A stretch of DNA of 63,689 nucleotides, filler included, from Conidiobolus incongruus B7586 (Eukaryota), in assembly GCA_000697335.1 (NCBI GenBank). It is 35 parts of 35 records of this genome, joined end to end, with 100 filler letters (N's around TTAATTAATTAA, not from the genome) between each part and the next. Parts side by side here need not be neighbours in the genome. Positions count along the whole stretch, not along the records: positions 26,929 to 28,146 come from JNEM01004991.1; positions 28,247 to 30,057 come from JNEM01004994.1; positions 30,158 to 31,444 come from JNEM01005000.1; positions 31,545 to 33,338 come from JNEM01005006.1; positions 33,439 to 34,766 come from JNEM01005012.1; positions 34,867 to 35,994 come from JNEM01005020.1; positions 36,095 to 37,762 come from JNEM01005143.1; positions 37,863 to 39,276 come from JNEM01005144.1; 27 more parts are not named here. One strand, given 5' to 3'. The translations under genes and the position numbers were made by a program. Shown here in pieces: positions 26,929-41,908 of this stretch (within the stretch, counting starts at the first letter, position 1; every line of letters begins with the position of its first letter). The notes beneath the pieces are model-generated. The model made no database searches. It saw nothing but the letters and a program-made list of their open reading frames with translations, and was not told where the DNA came from.

Positions 26929-28095
26929 TATTATTATAGTTATTAATATTAGCTGGTTTATTATAGTTAAAGTTTTTAAGAATAAAAATAAAAACATATT
27001 TAAATTTAAACTTAAATTTGTTGAGATTCAAAATAAATAAGATAAGAAGTATATTAATAAGTTAGTTTATATAAGAAAATATGATATTATTTTGAAAATT
27101 TAACAAGAATTATAAAACTATTTAAGAATATTAATTAGTATTAATATTATTTTATATACTTATTATTAATAGAGATATCATTTATATTTTAAGAAAAAAC
27201 ACCCTTAACTAAAAAAATACTATTATAAAAATAAATAGGAGTTTAAATATTATTATTAATATTAAATTATAATTAATCAGAATAAGCTTATTTAATTTAA
27301 TTAAATAAAAATATATCTTAATAAATTTAATAAACAAGCTAGATATTTTAAAAAAGATATAAAACTATTTTATAGCTATTATGTTGATTTTACCTAATAG
27401 TATAATGATAGGTTATTTATTATTTAAAGATATATATTGTTTTTAAATATAAGATATCTTTATAAAGTATAATAAGGGAATTAATATTGAGATATATTAA
27501 AATATTCTAAATGATGAATTTAAAATCATTTAATAATATAAATTAAAAAAATCTGATATTTTTTTCTAATAAAATAATATTTTTTTTATATTATAACATT
27601 TATTATTAGATATTTTAAAAATAATGGAATAATAGTTATGAAGTGGTTTTTTTAATCTTTTAACTTTAACTGAATTAAGTATTTTTAAAATTAGTTAAAT
27701 AAAGTTATTAAAACTAATCCTTTAATAAAAAATTTAAATTATCATTAAGAATATATTTAAAAACCATAAAAAAATTAATTATTCTTAATATAAAAGTTTA
27801 ATTGATTTTATACCTTATAAACTTAAAGAAGTTAGAAAAGCTAAAGATAGATATACTAAGTTTTAATTTATTTTATCATCAAAAATTAACAAATTTATAA
27901 CTTATCTTAAGTAAAGTTTAATAGTCTATATTTTAATTCATTAATAACTAAATAATATCATTTAATAACATATATTAATAATAAATATATTAGATTTTAA
28001 TCATTTAATTTAAGTTAATTTTATTAAATATAAATCAAATAATTAGTAATGATATAAATGTTTTTATTTTATCACTTATTTTTATATATTAGTAT
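26929..28095 (+). mobile_element. Tc1-type (DD34E) transposon, hypermutated
   Basis: aagaaaaaacacccttaactaaa and gttatgaagtgg (VMKW) remnants. Collinear with other copies. Confidence 0.88.
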
Positions 28096-28337
28096 ATATA
28101 TATAAACACTATATGATTATAATTAAATATTTTGAAAAATGATATANNNNNNNNNNNNNNNNNNNNNNNNNNNNNNNNNNNNNNNNNNNNTTAATTAATT
28201 AANNNNNNNNNNNNNNNNNNNNNNNNNNNNNNNNNNNNNNNNNNNNTATAAAATTAAATATAATAAAATTGATATCAATTAATATCAATTCATATTTTAA
28301 TATTAATTTTTTATTCTTTGAATATTTTTATAATAAT

Positions 28338-29625
28338 ATTACCTTGGATTTAAATTAAAAGGAAAATTTTAATTTCCAATTTTTGAAACATATTATTAAT
28401 TTAATATAAATAAATATATACAAAGTTAATAGAAGATTATTTATTTTTAATTAAAAAATTAATCTTTTATAAATTAGTTATTGAATTTAATTTTGTTTTA
28501 ACTAAATAATAATCATCAAAAATATTTTATTTTAATATGGGTAAAACTTAACCATAAGCTTTCTAAAATTATTTAACATTTACATACAGCTTTTAGTAAT
28601 AAAGCATTATTTAAATCCATAATATATTAATAGGTAAATTACTTTAAGGTTTGGAAAAAAAACTATTAAAAAACTATTAAAATTTAAAAAACCAATTTTA
28701 ACTATTATTTTTTCATTTATTAAAGTAGTGAAAAAATATATTCAAAAGTATTTTTTTATTTTAGCTAGAAAATTATCTAAGTACTTTAATATTAATTTTA
28801 TTAATATTATATATGTATATTATAGTTTAAACTCAAAATAAAAAATAAAAAACTAAAATAGATATCTTATAATATAACTTAAGTATAAAAAAAAGCTAGA
28901 GTAGTTATTGCTAAATAAAACTTACTAAAATATTACTAGAAGCTTAAACTTTTATAATAAATAATTTTAATTGATAAATCCTAGATTTTTATATATAATC
29001 CTTTATCAAAACATAAATCAAGATACTAGAGTAAGCTAAATCAACCCCCTCCACAAATCCTTTTAAATAAGCATTTTATTAATAAATGAATGTTAATTAT
29101 TGCGATGTATTAAAATGATATATGCTATTTTTATTTAGTTTCTAAAGGAAAGTTAATTATTAGTAAACCCTATATTTTTTTTAAATAAAAATATTTAAAA
29201 TTTGTTTTCTTATTATAAATTCAAAATACCTATTATTTTGTATAATAATTATAAAATATATAAATCTAAGGGTATAAAAAACCTACTAATTAAAAATAAT
29301 TGGGAGAAACTACCATATCTAGTATATTCTTTAGATTAAAACCTATATGATTATAATTAATTTAGCTAATTAAAAAACTAGCTTATAGGAAAAAAAATTT
29401 TTGCAAGAAAATTTTATTAGTTTGTGAAACATCAAATTTCAGTTTTTAATAACAAGAATTACTTTTTAGATATTAGATCTTTATTAAAAATATGGTAAAA
29501 AATAATTAATAATGAAAAAAAAATATTAAATTTATATTATATATTTATTTTTTTATATTATATATTAAAATATTTATTTCTTTTTAATTACACATAACTC
29601 CCATTATTTAATTTATAAAGTAATA
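28338..29625 (+). mobile_element. Mariner-type (DD34D) transposon, hypermutated, apparently full length (about 1.3 kb)
   Basis: attgataaatcctagatt (IDESWI) at about 28970 and tgggagaaactacca (WEKLP) at 29301. Degenerate TIR-like ends of about 30 bp. Confidence 0.9.
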
Positions 29626-30157
29626 TTATAGTTAAATTAACTAATTGACAAATTTACCTTTTTTAGATATATATTTTATTATTTTTGAATATATTTTATT
29701 TCTGAATTAACAATATTATTAATTTTTTTCTTTAAAGAAAGTTTTTTGTATTTTTTTAATTCGAACTAATAAATAAATTAATTTATATTAATATATTTAA
29801 AACTAACAAATTAAGGTTTTAAATTAATAATTAATTTTATTAATAGGATTATTAATATTCTTTTATATTCTTATAATTTAATTATTTTATTATATTTTTA
29901 TTAATTTAAAATTAATATTTCTGTTGTTTACCTAACTTAATTTACCTATAAAATAATCTTTAAAAATCTTATCTAAAATAACTAAAAGGGTATTATTATC
30001 CCTTTTTATTTTAAAAAATATATTTATTAAATTTATTGAAATAAAAATACAACATAANNNNNNNNNNNNNNNNNNNNNNNNNNNNNNNNNNNNNNNNNNN
30101 NTTAATTAATTAANNNNNNNNNNNNNNNNNNNNNNNNNNNNNNNNNNNNNNNNNNNN

Positions 30158-31444
30158 AATAAAATAAACCTAAATTAAATAATTAAAATCTATTATATTT
30201 ATTAATAATATATATCATTAAATGATAATATTTAGCTATTAATTGGCTAAAATATAAACCCTTAAATTTTACCTATAATCAGTTATAAATTTGCAAATTT
30301 TTGGTGATTAACTAAAATTAAACCTTAGTATATCTATCTTTAGCTTTTCTAAGTTTTTTAAGTTTGTAGGGTATAGAATCAACTAACTTTTTATAATAAA
30401 AAGGATTAATCTTATTCTATATTTTTAATTATATTCTTAAAGCTAATTTAAATCTTTTACTAACAGAAAAGCTTTAATAGCTTTTTAACTAATCCTAAAG
30501 GTATTTAATTAGGTTAAGGTTAAAAAATTAAAAAGCTACTTTATAATTATTATCTTGTTATTTTTAAGCTATTTAATAATAAAAGCTATAATATAACAAA
30601 AGGTATTATCTTATTGGAAAATAATTTTAGATTTGTTTAATCAAAATTATTTAATGTTTTTTTTAAATTTATTATTTAAAATATTTTACTATATCTTAAT
30701 AATAATTCCCTCATTAATTTTACAAAGATATTTTAAATATAAAGATAATATATATTCCTAAATAATAATTAACCTATTATTGTAATTTTGGGTAAAATTA
30801 ATATAATAGTTATAAAATAGTTTTGTATTTTTTATAAAACATCTAGCTTTTCTATTAAATCTATTAAAGTATATATTTTTATTTAACTAAACAACCTTAT
30901 TTCAAATAATTTTAATTTGATATTAATAATAACATTTAAACTCCCACCTAATTTTATAATGGGATTTTTTTAGTTAAGGGTGTTTTTTTTTAAAATATAA
31001 GTGGTATCTATATTAATATAAAATATATATAATAATATTAGTGCTAACTAATATTCTTATATAGTTTTATAGTTCTTGTTATATTTATATAGTAATATTA
31101 TATTTATTTATACTAATTAATTTATAGATATATTTCTTATTATATTAATCTATAATTTTAATATACTTAAGTTTAAGTTTAATTATTTCTTTATTGTTAA
31201 TTTTAATAATTTTAGCTATATTTAACTAGCTAACACTAGTAGTTCTAATAATATTATAAGTTTATTTATCTTCTTTATAAAGTTAATTAAAATATAAGTA
31301 AATTTTTTTAAAAAGGGATTTAAATAAAATAATACTAATAAAAAGAATTTAATATATCTATATAATAATATATAAAATAATAACAAAAAGAGAGAAAAGA
31401 TATGGTTATATATTATTAAATATATCCCCTTATTTCAAAAACCT
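30158..31444 (-). mobile_element. Tc1-type (DD34E) transposon, hypermutated
   Basis: ttatcttattggaaaataa (IFQQDN in reverse complement) at about 30607-30625, and aaactcccacct (RWEF). Confidence 0.9.
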
Positions 31445-33448
31445 NNNNNNNNNNNNNNNNNNNNNNNNNNNNNNNNNNNNNNNNNNNNTTAATTAATTAA
31501 NNNNNNNNNNNNNNNNNNNNNNNNNNNNNNNNNNNNNNNNNNNNGTAATAAAATAAAAATTTAAATTGAGAATCAGAATATATAGGAGTTTAAGAATTAT
31601 TAAAACATATTAACAATAGTTTTATTTATATTTTATATTTATCAATATTTTTGTTAAATTTTATTAAGAAAATATAAAACAAGTTTGTAATTGAATAAAT
31701 AATCATAAAAATCAACTGATATTCTTATACATAACTTCTTAATACATAACTAGAAAATTAATATATTTAATAATATATTGATTAAAAATAAATGGTTGAA
31801 TATTGTATTCAATCATTATTAAATTATAAATTTTATTCGATTAGGCTAAATCAACCTTATCGATAAATTTTTAAATTAATCATTATATTTTTGAATCAAT
31901 ATAAATTTTTTATATTTTGAACGATTATTTATTATATTTATTGAATTTTGATAATACATATCAATAATGGTGTAATATTTTTATTTAGAATAAAATTATT
32001 ACTAATTAAGATACTTAATATAACATAACAATAATAATAATTTATATAATAATTCCAAATTACATATATTTATAAATAACTTTCAAATAAAAAATAAATG
32101 GAAAAAAGTACTATAATAAGTATAATTCTTAAATTATAACAAATGACATTAAAATTGTTTTGGGTAAAGAAAAAACTAATTAATAAGAGTAAATTTTTGA
32201 CATGTAATAGATTTATAAAATGAAAAAATTAAGTAATTAATAAAAAAAACAATATTTTCTATGTAACAAGATGTTTGATGAAAGATTATATACTTATAAT
32301 TAACCAAATTATTAAATTTATATTATTTTTTCCATTATATATATATATATATATTGTTTAAAATTTTCAAACTGGAAATATCAAAATTATTTAAACAAAA
32401 GTGATATATCTATCATTAATTAATTATTTTATAATTAAAATAAATTAACAATTAAATCTTTTCTATATTTTTATATGTAAAACTGAAATAAATATTTTGA
32501 ATAAAAAATAAAAAAAGCAAGACTAAACTTTTTCAACTAATTTTTATATTTTGAAATATAAAATTAATTTTAAACCAAAATTTTAGATTTATATGTAATA
32601 TTTTTATTGATAAAATTATTAAAATAATAAATTGTTATGATTTATAAAAAATATCATAGTTAAATTACGCATATTGTATTTAATATTAAAACAATATTTT
32701 TATACCAAAAAAAATTTTAAAATATTTGATAACCACTCAATAATCATTTAAATATATATATTTACTTTATTGAACTAATCATATTTTTTGAATCGTTATT
32801 TAAATCAATAACCTTTTATAAATCAATTCACATATTATTTTATTTCTAATTTTATTTATCAAATTTGAAAATTTGTTAAAAAATAATTATTTTATTAAGA
32901 TTTTTGATATAATTCTATCATATTTATTACTTTCAAATTGAAGACATAATATTCTCAATTTTCTTTTTTATATTTTTGCAAAATAATATTGTTTAACTAA
33001 TAACATTAGTATTAACTTAATTATATTTAATTATATATAAGAAAATTTTATTAATTAATATAAATTTAATCTGATTATACTTAGATTATTTAATTTATAT
33101 CAAAAAAATTTATTGATATATATTATATATAATACCATTAATTTCTATTATTTTGTCAAAATTTTATTTTTACATTAATGTTTTTTTAGATTTTTTATTT
33201 ATAGAATATTTGTCAATGTTATTATTTTAAATTATATATATTTAATTTTCAATTCATTTATAATTAATTTCATTAATATCAGTTTATCATAGTATATTAT
33301 ATATTATTTTATTTATTAAATTAAATTTGTTTCTTGTTNNNNNNNNNNNNNNNNNNNNNNNNNNNNNNNNNNNNNNNNNNNNTTAATTAATTAANNNNNN
33401 NNNNNNNNNNNNNNNNNNNNNNNNNNNNNNNNNNNNNNTGAAAAAATA

Positions 33449-34766
33449 CATTAATTTACAAAAATAAGTTATAAAATCAAAAACACTTATATTTTTACTA
33501 ATAGCTTGATTGATATTAAATAAAATAAACTTAAATTAAATAATTAAAATCTATTATATTTATTAGTTATATATATTATTAAATGATGATATTTAACTAT
33601 TAATTGGTTAAAATATAAACCTTTAAATTTTATCTAAGGTAAGTTATAAATTTGTAGGTTTTAGGTGATAAAAAAATTAAAACCTATTGTATTTACCTTT
33701 AGCTTTTCTATTTTTTTAAGTTTGTGGGATATAGAATCAACTAACTTCTTACACTAAAAAGGGTTAATCTTATTCTATATTTCTTAAATATATTTCTAAA
33801 GCTGATCTAAATTTTTTGTTAGGATAAAAGTTTTAATAGCTCTTTTTAACTAATCCTAAAGATATTTAATTAGGTTAAGATTAAGAGATTGAAAAAGTTA
33901 CTTCATAACTGTTATTTTGTTATTTTTAAGTTATTTAGTAATAAAAGCTATAATATAATAAAAAAATAATATCTTACTAGAAAATAACATTAGATTTATT
34001 TAACCTATATTATTCAATGGTTTTTTTCAATTTATTGTTTAAAATACTTTAATATATCTCAATATTAATTCCTTTATTAACTTTATAAAAATACCTTATA
34101 TTTAAAAACAATATATATCCCTAAATATAATTAACTTACCATTATACTTTTAAGTAAAATTAATATAATAGTTACAAAGTAATTTTATATCTTTTCTAAA
34201 GTATCTAACTTTTCTATTAGATTTACTAAAGTATATTTTTATTTTATTAAACTAAATAACCTTACTCTAATTAGATTTAGTTTAATATTAATAATAATAT
34301 TTAAATTCCCATCTAATTTTATAATGGGATTTTTTTAATTATAGGTGTTTTTTCTTAAGATGTAAATAATATTTATACTAACATAAAACATATATAATAG
34401 TATTAATGTTAACTAATATTCTTATATAGTTTTATAGTTCTTGCTGTATTTCTACAATAGTATCATATTTGCTTATACTAACTAACCTATAAATATGCTT
34501 TTTATCATATTTATTTATAATCTTAATATATCTAACTTTAATTTTAAATCTATCATTATTATTATTCTTAATAACTTTAATTATAGTAGATTAGCTAATA
34601 TTAGTAATTCTAGTAATATCATAAGTTGATATATCTTGTTTATAAAGTTAATTGATAAATAAATAGATTTTTTTAAACAGAGATTTAAGTATAATGATAC
34701 TAATAAAAAAATTTAAAATATCTGTAAAATATTATATAAAATAATAACAAAAAGAGAAAAAGATAT
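33449..34766 (-). mobile_element. Tc1-type (DD34E) transposon, hypermutated, with right TIR
   Basis: Outer end TA|cattaatttacaaaaataagttataaaatc and inner repeat ctaaggtaagttataaattt at 33634. The body is collinear with other copies. Confidence 0.9.
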
Positions 34767-36094
34767 NNNNNNNNNNNNNNNNNNNNNNNNNNNNNNNNNN
34801 NNNNNNNNNNTTAATTAATTAANNNNNNNNNNNNNNNNNNNNNNNNNNNNNNNNNNNNNNNNNNNNTCAAATTTTAATTATAATATTTTATCAGCTATTA
34901 TAATCTTGATTATTTATATTTTTATAAAGTAATTAATGAAAATTATAGTTAATTTTTTAATCATTTTATTAATAATCATTTGTTTATTAAATTTTATTTG
35001 AAAAATTATCAAAATTTAATATTAATATAATAAGAGAATTTCAATTTCTTTTAAGATATATTATATTTGCTTGTTATTTTCTTAATAAAAGAACTTTCGG
35101 TTATTAATTTTAATTTTTTTATCTAGTTAATCTATTTTGAATTTATTAAAACCTAGTTTTAATATGATTTTAAGATATGGAAATCTATGGTAATTTAAAG
35201 ATTAATATTATAATAAATATCTTTTAACTAGGACTAGAATTAAAAAGTCAACTTTATTTATTTTTCGCTCTAAAAATTAATAATAAAGAAATTAATATTT
35301 TTTTTTTATTTTTGAGATTATAAATTTATTTAATATTTTTAATTTAATTAAAGTTTAATTTTCATTGTTAATTTTAGAAATTATTATCAATTTTATAAAA
35401 ATTATCCTTATTTTTGGCTATTATTAAATATTATTAATTTAATGGATATAATAAGCATTTTATTTATACCTTGAAATAATTAATCAAAGTTTATATTAAT
35501 AGAATATTTTTTAAATTTCTTTTATTTATTGATATTAAAATATTTTTATATCTATATTAAAAAATTAAATTATTTCTATTTTAATTAAAAAAGTTATAAT
35601 AATTCAAAAATTTCAATATAGATTGATATTTTAAATATTGTTATTTTCAATTATTTTTCAATTATTAATTAAGTATTAAATATAAAAACTCTATTATTGA
35701 TTTTAATTATAGACAAAAACTATTATAATTTAGAAAAATATAATCTTAAAATAGCCAAAAAATTAAAAATAAATATATGTTAATTGTTTATTAGAATTGA
35801 GAGTATTTTGAGATGTTTCTTTTAAGTTTAATTTATATCCAAAGTATTAATACTCATTTAATAAATTATTCAAAATTCGATTTATTAACTTTTAATTTAA
35901 AAATTTAACAGTAATATTATAACTTATTTTAAAAATAAACCTTATTTTTAAGATATTGAATATTAATTTTTTTTAGTATTAGGATATTATTTTTNNNNNN
36001 NNNNNNNNNNNNNNNNNNNNNNNNNNNNNNNNNNNNNNTTAATTAATTAANNNNNNNNNNNNNNNNNNNNNNNNNNNNNNNNNNNNNNNNNNNN

Positions 36095-36440
36095 ATTCAA
36101 TATTTTATAAATCTATTAAATTTTTTTGTAGAAATTTTCTTTTTTATAAACTGGTTTTTTAATTACATAAAGCAATTATAGTTATATAGCTTATAATTTA
36201 AAGAATATACTAGATATATTAGTTTTATCTAATTAAATATAATTAGAAAGCTTTTTATAACTTTATATTTATATATTTTATAATTATCATGCAAAATAAT
36301 AAGTTTTTTAAAATTATATCTAAAACACTAATTAAAAATATTTTTATTTAAAAAAACAATATAAAGTTTATTATTAATTTAATTTCCTTATAAAAACTAA
36401 ATAAAAATAATATATAATATTGTAATCTTTTATAATATTA
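36095..36440 (-). mobile_element. Mariner-type fragment (catalytic region)
   Basis: attatcatgcaaaataat (about 36283-36300) reads ATT ATT TTG CAT GAT AAT (IILHDN) intact in reverse complement. Confidence 0.82.
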
Positions 36441-36449
36441 CTATAGAAT

Positions 36450-37750
36450 TAAAAAAAAGGGAAATATTTTAATTTCTAAATTTTCAAATATATTATTAAT
36501 TTCAAATAAAAAAATATATACAAAACAAATAAACAAATAAATAGTTTTGAATTTTATATATATATATATATATAATAATTTTTTTAATTAAAAAATTAAT
36601 TTTTTAAAATTAGTTGTTAAATTTAATTATATTTAAATTAAATAATAACCATCAAAAGTTTTTTATTTTAGTATTAATAAAACTTAAACACAAAATCTTT
36701 AAAATTATTTAAAATTTACAATTAGCTTTTAGTAATAAAATATTATCTAAATTAACAATTTATGACTAGGTAATTTATTTTAAAGTTAGGAGAAAAACTA
36801 CTTAAAACCTACTAAAATCTAAAAGATTAATTTTAACAATTATTTTCTAATTATTAATGAAATAAAAATTATATTGAAAAATACCTTTATATTTTAGATA
36901 AAGAACTATTAAGATATTTTAATATTAGTCACATAAGTATTTTATATATATTAAAGTTTAAATTAAAATTAATTAATAAAAATATAAAATAGGTACCTTA
37001 TAATTTAACTAAAGCTCAAAAAAAGCTAGAATAACTATTGCTAAATAAAACTTACTAAGGTATAGCTAAAAGCTAAAGCTTTTACAGTAAACTATTATAA
37101 TTGATGAATTTTAAATTCTTTTGTATAATCCTTTATTAAAATATAAATCAAAGTGTTAGATTAGGTTAAATCAACCCTCTCTACAAATTCTTTAAATAAA
37201 TACTTTATTGATAAGCAAATATTAGTTATTATAATAGATTATAATAGCATATATTATTTTTATTTAGTTTTTAAAAGAAAATCAATTAATAATAAATTTT
37301 ATATTTTTTTTAAATAAAACTATTTCTAATTAATATTCTTTAAATAATTTAAGAAAACCTATCATTTTGCATAATAATTCTAAAATATATAAATTTAAAA
37401 TTGTAAAAAATTTTCAAATTAAAAATAACTGGAAAAAACTACCATATCTAGTATATTCTTTAAATTATAACCTATGTGATTATAATTGCTTTAGGTAATT
37501 AAAAAACTAGCTTATAGGAAAGAAAATTTTTATAAAAAAATTTAATTAATTTGTGAAATATTAAATTTCAGTGTTTAATAAAAAAACTATTTTTTAAGTA
37601 TTAGATCTTTGCTAAAAGTATAGCAAAAAGTTATTAGAAATAAAAAAAATTATTAATTTTATATTATATATTCATTTTTATTTTTTATATATTAAAATAT
37701 TCATTTTTTTAATCTCAAAAAATTCCTATTATTTAAATTACAAAATAATA
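36450..37750 (+). mobile_element. Mariner-type (DD34D) transposon, hypermutated, near full length
   Basis: taggtaccttataatttaact at 36990 (WVPHNLT) and attgatgaa at about 37100 (IDE). The second-D position at 37373 and the final GAT at 37478 are 105 nt apart, i.e. D34D. Confidence 0.92.
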
Positions 37751-37862
37751 ATTAATATTTAANNNNNNNNNNNNNNNNNNNNNNNNNNNNNNNNNNNNNN
37801 NNNNNNTTAATTAATTAANNNNNNNNNNNNNNNNNNNNNNNNNNNNNNNNNNNNNNNNNNNN

Positions 37863-39010
37863 TTGATTAAAAAATTAACTTTTTAAAACTAGTTGTTTAA
37901 TTTAATTATATTTATATTAAATAATAATTATCAAAAGTCTTTTATTTTAATATTAGTAATTTTTAACTATAATCTATCTAAAATTATTTAGAATATATAA
38001 GTTGCTTTTTGTAATAAAAAATTATCTAAGTCAACTATTTATTACTAGATAAATTACTTTAAGATTAAAAAAGAAACTATTTAAAACCTATTAAAATATA
38101 AAGAATTAACTTTACTTATTATTTTTTTAATTAATAATAAAATAAAAAAATATATTAAAAAACACCTTTTTATTTTAGTTAAAGAATTATCTAAATAATT
38201 TAATATTAATTTTATAAGTAATATATATATTAAAGTTTAAACTCAAATTAATAAATAAAAATATAAAATAGGAACCTTATAATTTAACTAAAGCTTAGAA
38301 AAAATTAAAATAGCTATTGTTAAAAAAAATTTACTAAAATAATACTAAAAACTTTAGCTTTTATAATAAATAATTATAATTGATGAATTTTAAATCTTTA
38401 TGTATAATCTTTTACCCAAACATAAATTAAAATGCTAAATTAAGCTAAATCAAACCCTTTAAAAATTCTTTTAAATAAGTATTTTGTTAATAAGTAAATA
38501 TAATTATTATAATAGACTATATTAATATTTACTATTTTTGTTTAATTCTTATAGGAAAATTAATCAATATTAAGCTTTGTATTGCTTTTTTAAATAAAAA
38601 TATTATTAATTAGTATCTTTAATATAATTTGAAAAGATCTATTATTTTATATAATAATTACAAAATATATAAATCTAAAGCTATAAAAAATTTTTTAATT
38701 AAAAATAACTAGAAAAGTATATTACATCTAATATGTTTTTTAGATTATAATTTATATGATAATAATTGCTTTAGGAAATTAAATAACCAGTTTATAAAAA
38801 AGAAAATTTTTGTAAAAAAATTTAATTAGTTTATAAAACATTAAATTTGAGTTTTTAATTAAAAAACAATTTTTTAAATATAAGAAGTTTGCTAAAAATA
38901 TAGTAAAAAATTATTATCAATAGAGGAAATTATTAAATTTATATTATATATCAAAATATTTATTTATTTTATTTATAGAATATTGTTATTATTTAAGATA
39001 TAAAATAATA
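37863..39010 (+). mobile_element. Mariner-type (DD34D) transposon, hypermutated
   Basis: taggaaccttataatttaact, attgatgaa and ttagattataatttatatgat remnants. Collinear with 36450-37750. Confidence 0.88.
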
Positions 39011-39089
39011 TTCATTATAATAGTTTAAGTTTTAAATAATATTTTAGTAAGTTTTATTTAACAATTAGTATATTAAATTTTTTTAAATT

Positions 39090-39276
39090 TTAAATAAATT
39101 ATATTTTATATTTTTATTAATTAATTTTAATTTAAACTTTAGTATATATAAAATACTTATAAGACTAATATTAGAATATTTAAATATTTAAATACTTCTT
39201 TAGCTAAAATAAAAATATATTTTTTAATATATTTTTTCACATTATTAATAATTAAAAAAGTCATAATTAAAGTTAG
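39090..39276 (-). mobile_element. Mariner-type fragment
   Basis: aatttaaactttagtatatataaaatacttataagactaatatt matches the reverse complement of about 36920-36965. Confidence 0.7.
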
Positions 39277-40647
39277 NNNNNNNNNNNNNNNNNNNNNNNN
39301 NNNNNNNNNNNNNNNNNNNNTTAATTAATTAANNNNNNNNNNNNNNNNNNNNNNNNNNNNNNNNNNNNNNNNNNNNAATAATATTATTTCAAAAATTAAT
39401 AATTTTTATATTATTGCTATAATAATATTAATTTTCAAATTAATTTGAAATTAATATATCTTAATAATTTTAATATTTCAAAATTAAAACTCTTATTATT
39501 AATCAATTATTATTATTTAATTATTAAATAACTATTAAAATATTTTTTATAATCAATATAATAGTGTTCAAAATTAATTAAAATTTAAATTTTAATATAC
39601 TATTATTTTAATGAATATTAAATAACCTTAATAATTTGAATTAATTTATTTTAATAAACGTTTTTAATAATTATAAAATAATATTTCTATAATTATTAAA
39701 TTTAATATAATTAGCTAAAAAAGTAATTTTATTATAATAATTAAAAATTTTTTTTCAATAACATAATTGAATATTAATATCAATTAGTTTATTATTTTAT
39801 ATATATTATTAAAATATTTATAATTTTATTTTTAACTTTAAATCTTAAAATGTCAATAAATATTTTTCTCTTAAATAATTAATATATTATAATATTTATA
39901 ATCATAAGAATTTATATCTGGTGTGTATAATGGAAGGGGTAATAGATATCAGTTATTTCGATAAATATTACTTTAGTAATTTTGGTTAAATATATCATTA
40001 TTTTTATAAAAATCAAAAGGTCCTTTATTATTATTTTTTTACCCCAAATTATATATTAGATTTGAAAGTTTTATTAATATTTTGTAATTTTATTTTATTA
40101 ATAATAATAATAATATATAAAGAATTATATTATATTAAACTTGCCAAATAAGCTAATAAGTTGAAGAAAAGGTAAAATCAAAATAAATTCCAAATTACTA
40201 ATAATATACCAAATAATTTATAAAAAACAAATCAAATTTACTAATACCCTAGTTATATAAAGGATTTGGTTTTTTAAAAGATTTAATTATAACTGATTAA
40301 CTATTTTTGAATTCTATAATAATATTTTAATTTTTTTTTCTAGTTTATTAAATTCAAAGTTAAGTTGAAAAATCAATATCTATTTTTTAAAATAATCTGA
40401 TTAAAATAAATATAATATATATTTATTTGGTTTTATAAGCTTTTTCTTATTAAATATCTATATTATTATATTTTGTAATATTTTAAATTAATTTACTTAA
40501 GATATTTTTCCTATTTATTAAAAATTTATAATTAATTAAGTTTATTTNNNNNNNNNNNNNNNNNNNNNNNNNNNNNNNNNNNNNNNNNNNNTTAATTAAT
40601 TAANNNNNNNNNNNNNNNNNNNNNNNNNNNNNNNNNNNNNNNNNNNN

Positions 40648-41720
40648 CTTAAAGTGTATTTAAATTTTTTATTAAGGGAAAACTTTATTAGCTTATTTTA
40701 ACTAAACTTCAAGATATTTAATTAAATTAAAGTTAAAAAATTAAAAAAATTACTTTATAACTATTATCTTGTTATTTTTAAGTTTTTTAATAATAGAAGT
40801 TATATTATAACAAAAGATATTATCTTGTTGGAAAATAACATTAGATTTGTTTAACCTATATTATTCAATGTTTTTTTTCAATTTATTATTTAAAATAATT
40901 TAAAATATCTTAGTATTAACTCTATTATTAACTTTATAAAAATACTTTATACTTAAAAACAATATATATCCTTAAATAATAATTAACTTATTATTATACT
41001 TTTAGGTAAAATTAACATGATAGTTAAAAAAAATTTATATCTTTTTTAAAATATTTAGTTTTTTTATTAAATTTACTAAAGTATATTTTTGTTTTATTAA
41101 ATTAAATAACCTTACTCTAATTAGTTTTAATTTAGTATTAATAGTAATATTTAAACCCTTGTTTAATTTTATAATGGGATTTTTTTAATTAAGGGTGTTT
41201 TTTAAAATATAAATAATATCTATATTAATATAAAATATTTATAATAGTATTAATATTAACTAATATTTTTGTATAGTATTATAGTTCCTGTTATATTTTT
41301 ATAGTAATACTATACTTACTTATATTAGCTTACTTATAGATATACTTCTTATTATTTTTATTTATAATTTTAACATACTTAAGTTTAAGTTTAGATATTT
41401 TTTTATTGTTATTTTTAACAACCTTAATTATAATAAACTAACTAACACTATTAATTCTAATATCATCTTAAGTTGATTTATTTTTTTATAAATTTAATTA
41501 ATTTATAAATAAATTGTTTTAAAGAAAGATTTAAGTATAATAATATTAATAAAATAATTTAGTATATTAATAGAATATTATATAAAATAATAATAAAAAG
41601 AGAAAAAAGATATGGTCATATATTATTTAATATATCCTTTTATCTCAAAAACTTGGAAATTTATTACTTACTTTAATTAAATACTAAGCTAATATTCTTG
41701 CTAATAATTTACTAATTATA
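40648..41720 (-). mobile_element. Tc1-type (DD34E) transposon, hypermutated
   Basis: attatcttgttggaaaataac at about 40819-40840 reads VIFQQDN intact in reverse complement. Confidence 0.9.
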
Positions 41721-41876
41721 NNNNNNNNNNNNNNNNNNNNNNNNNNNNNNNNNNNNNNNNNNNNTTAATTAATTAANNNNNNNNNNNNNNNNNNNNNNNN
41801 NNNNNNNNNNNNNNNNNNNNACTACCCAGCCACATTAATGCCTTTCACTTCTATCTCTTCATACTATGATTTGGTC

Positions 41877-41908
<32 letters not shown>

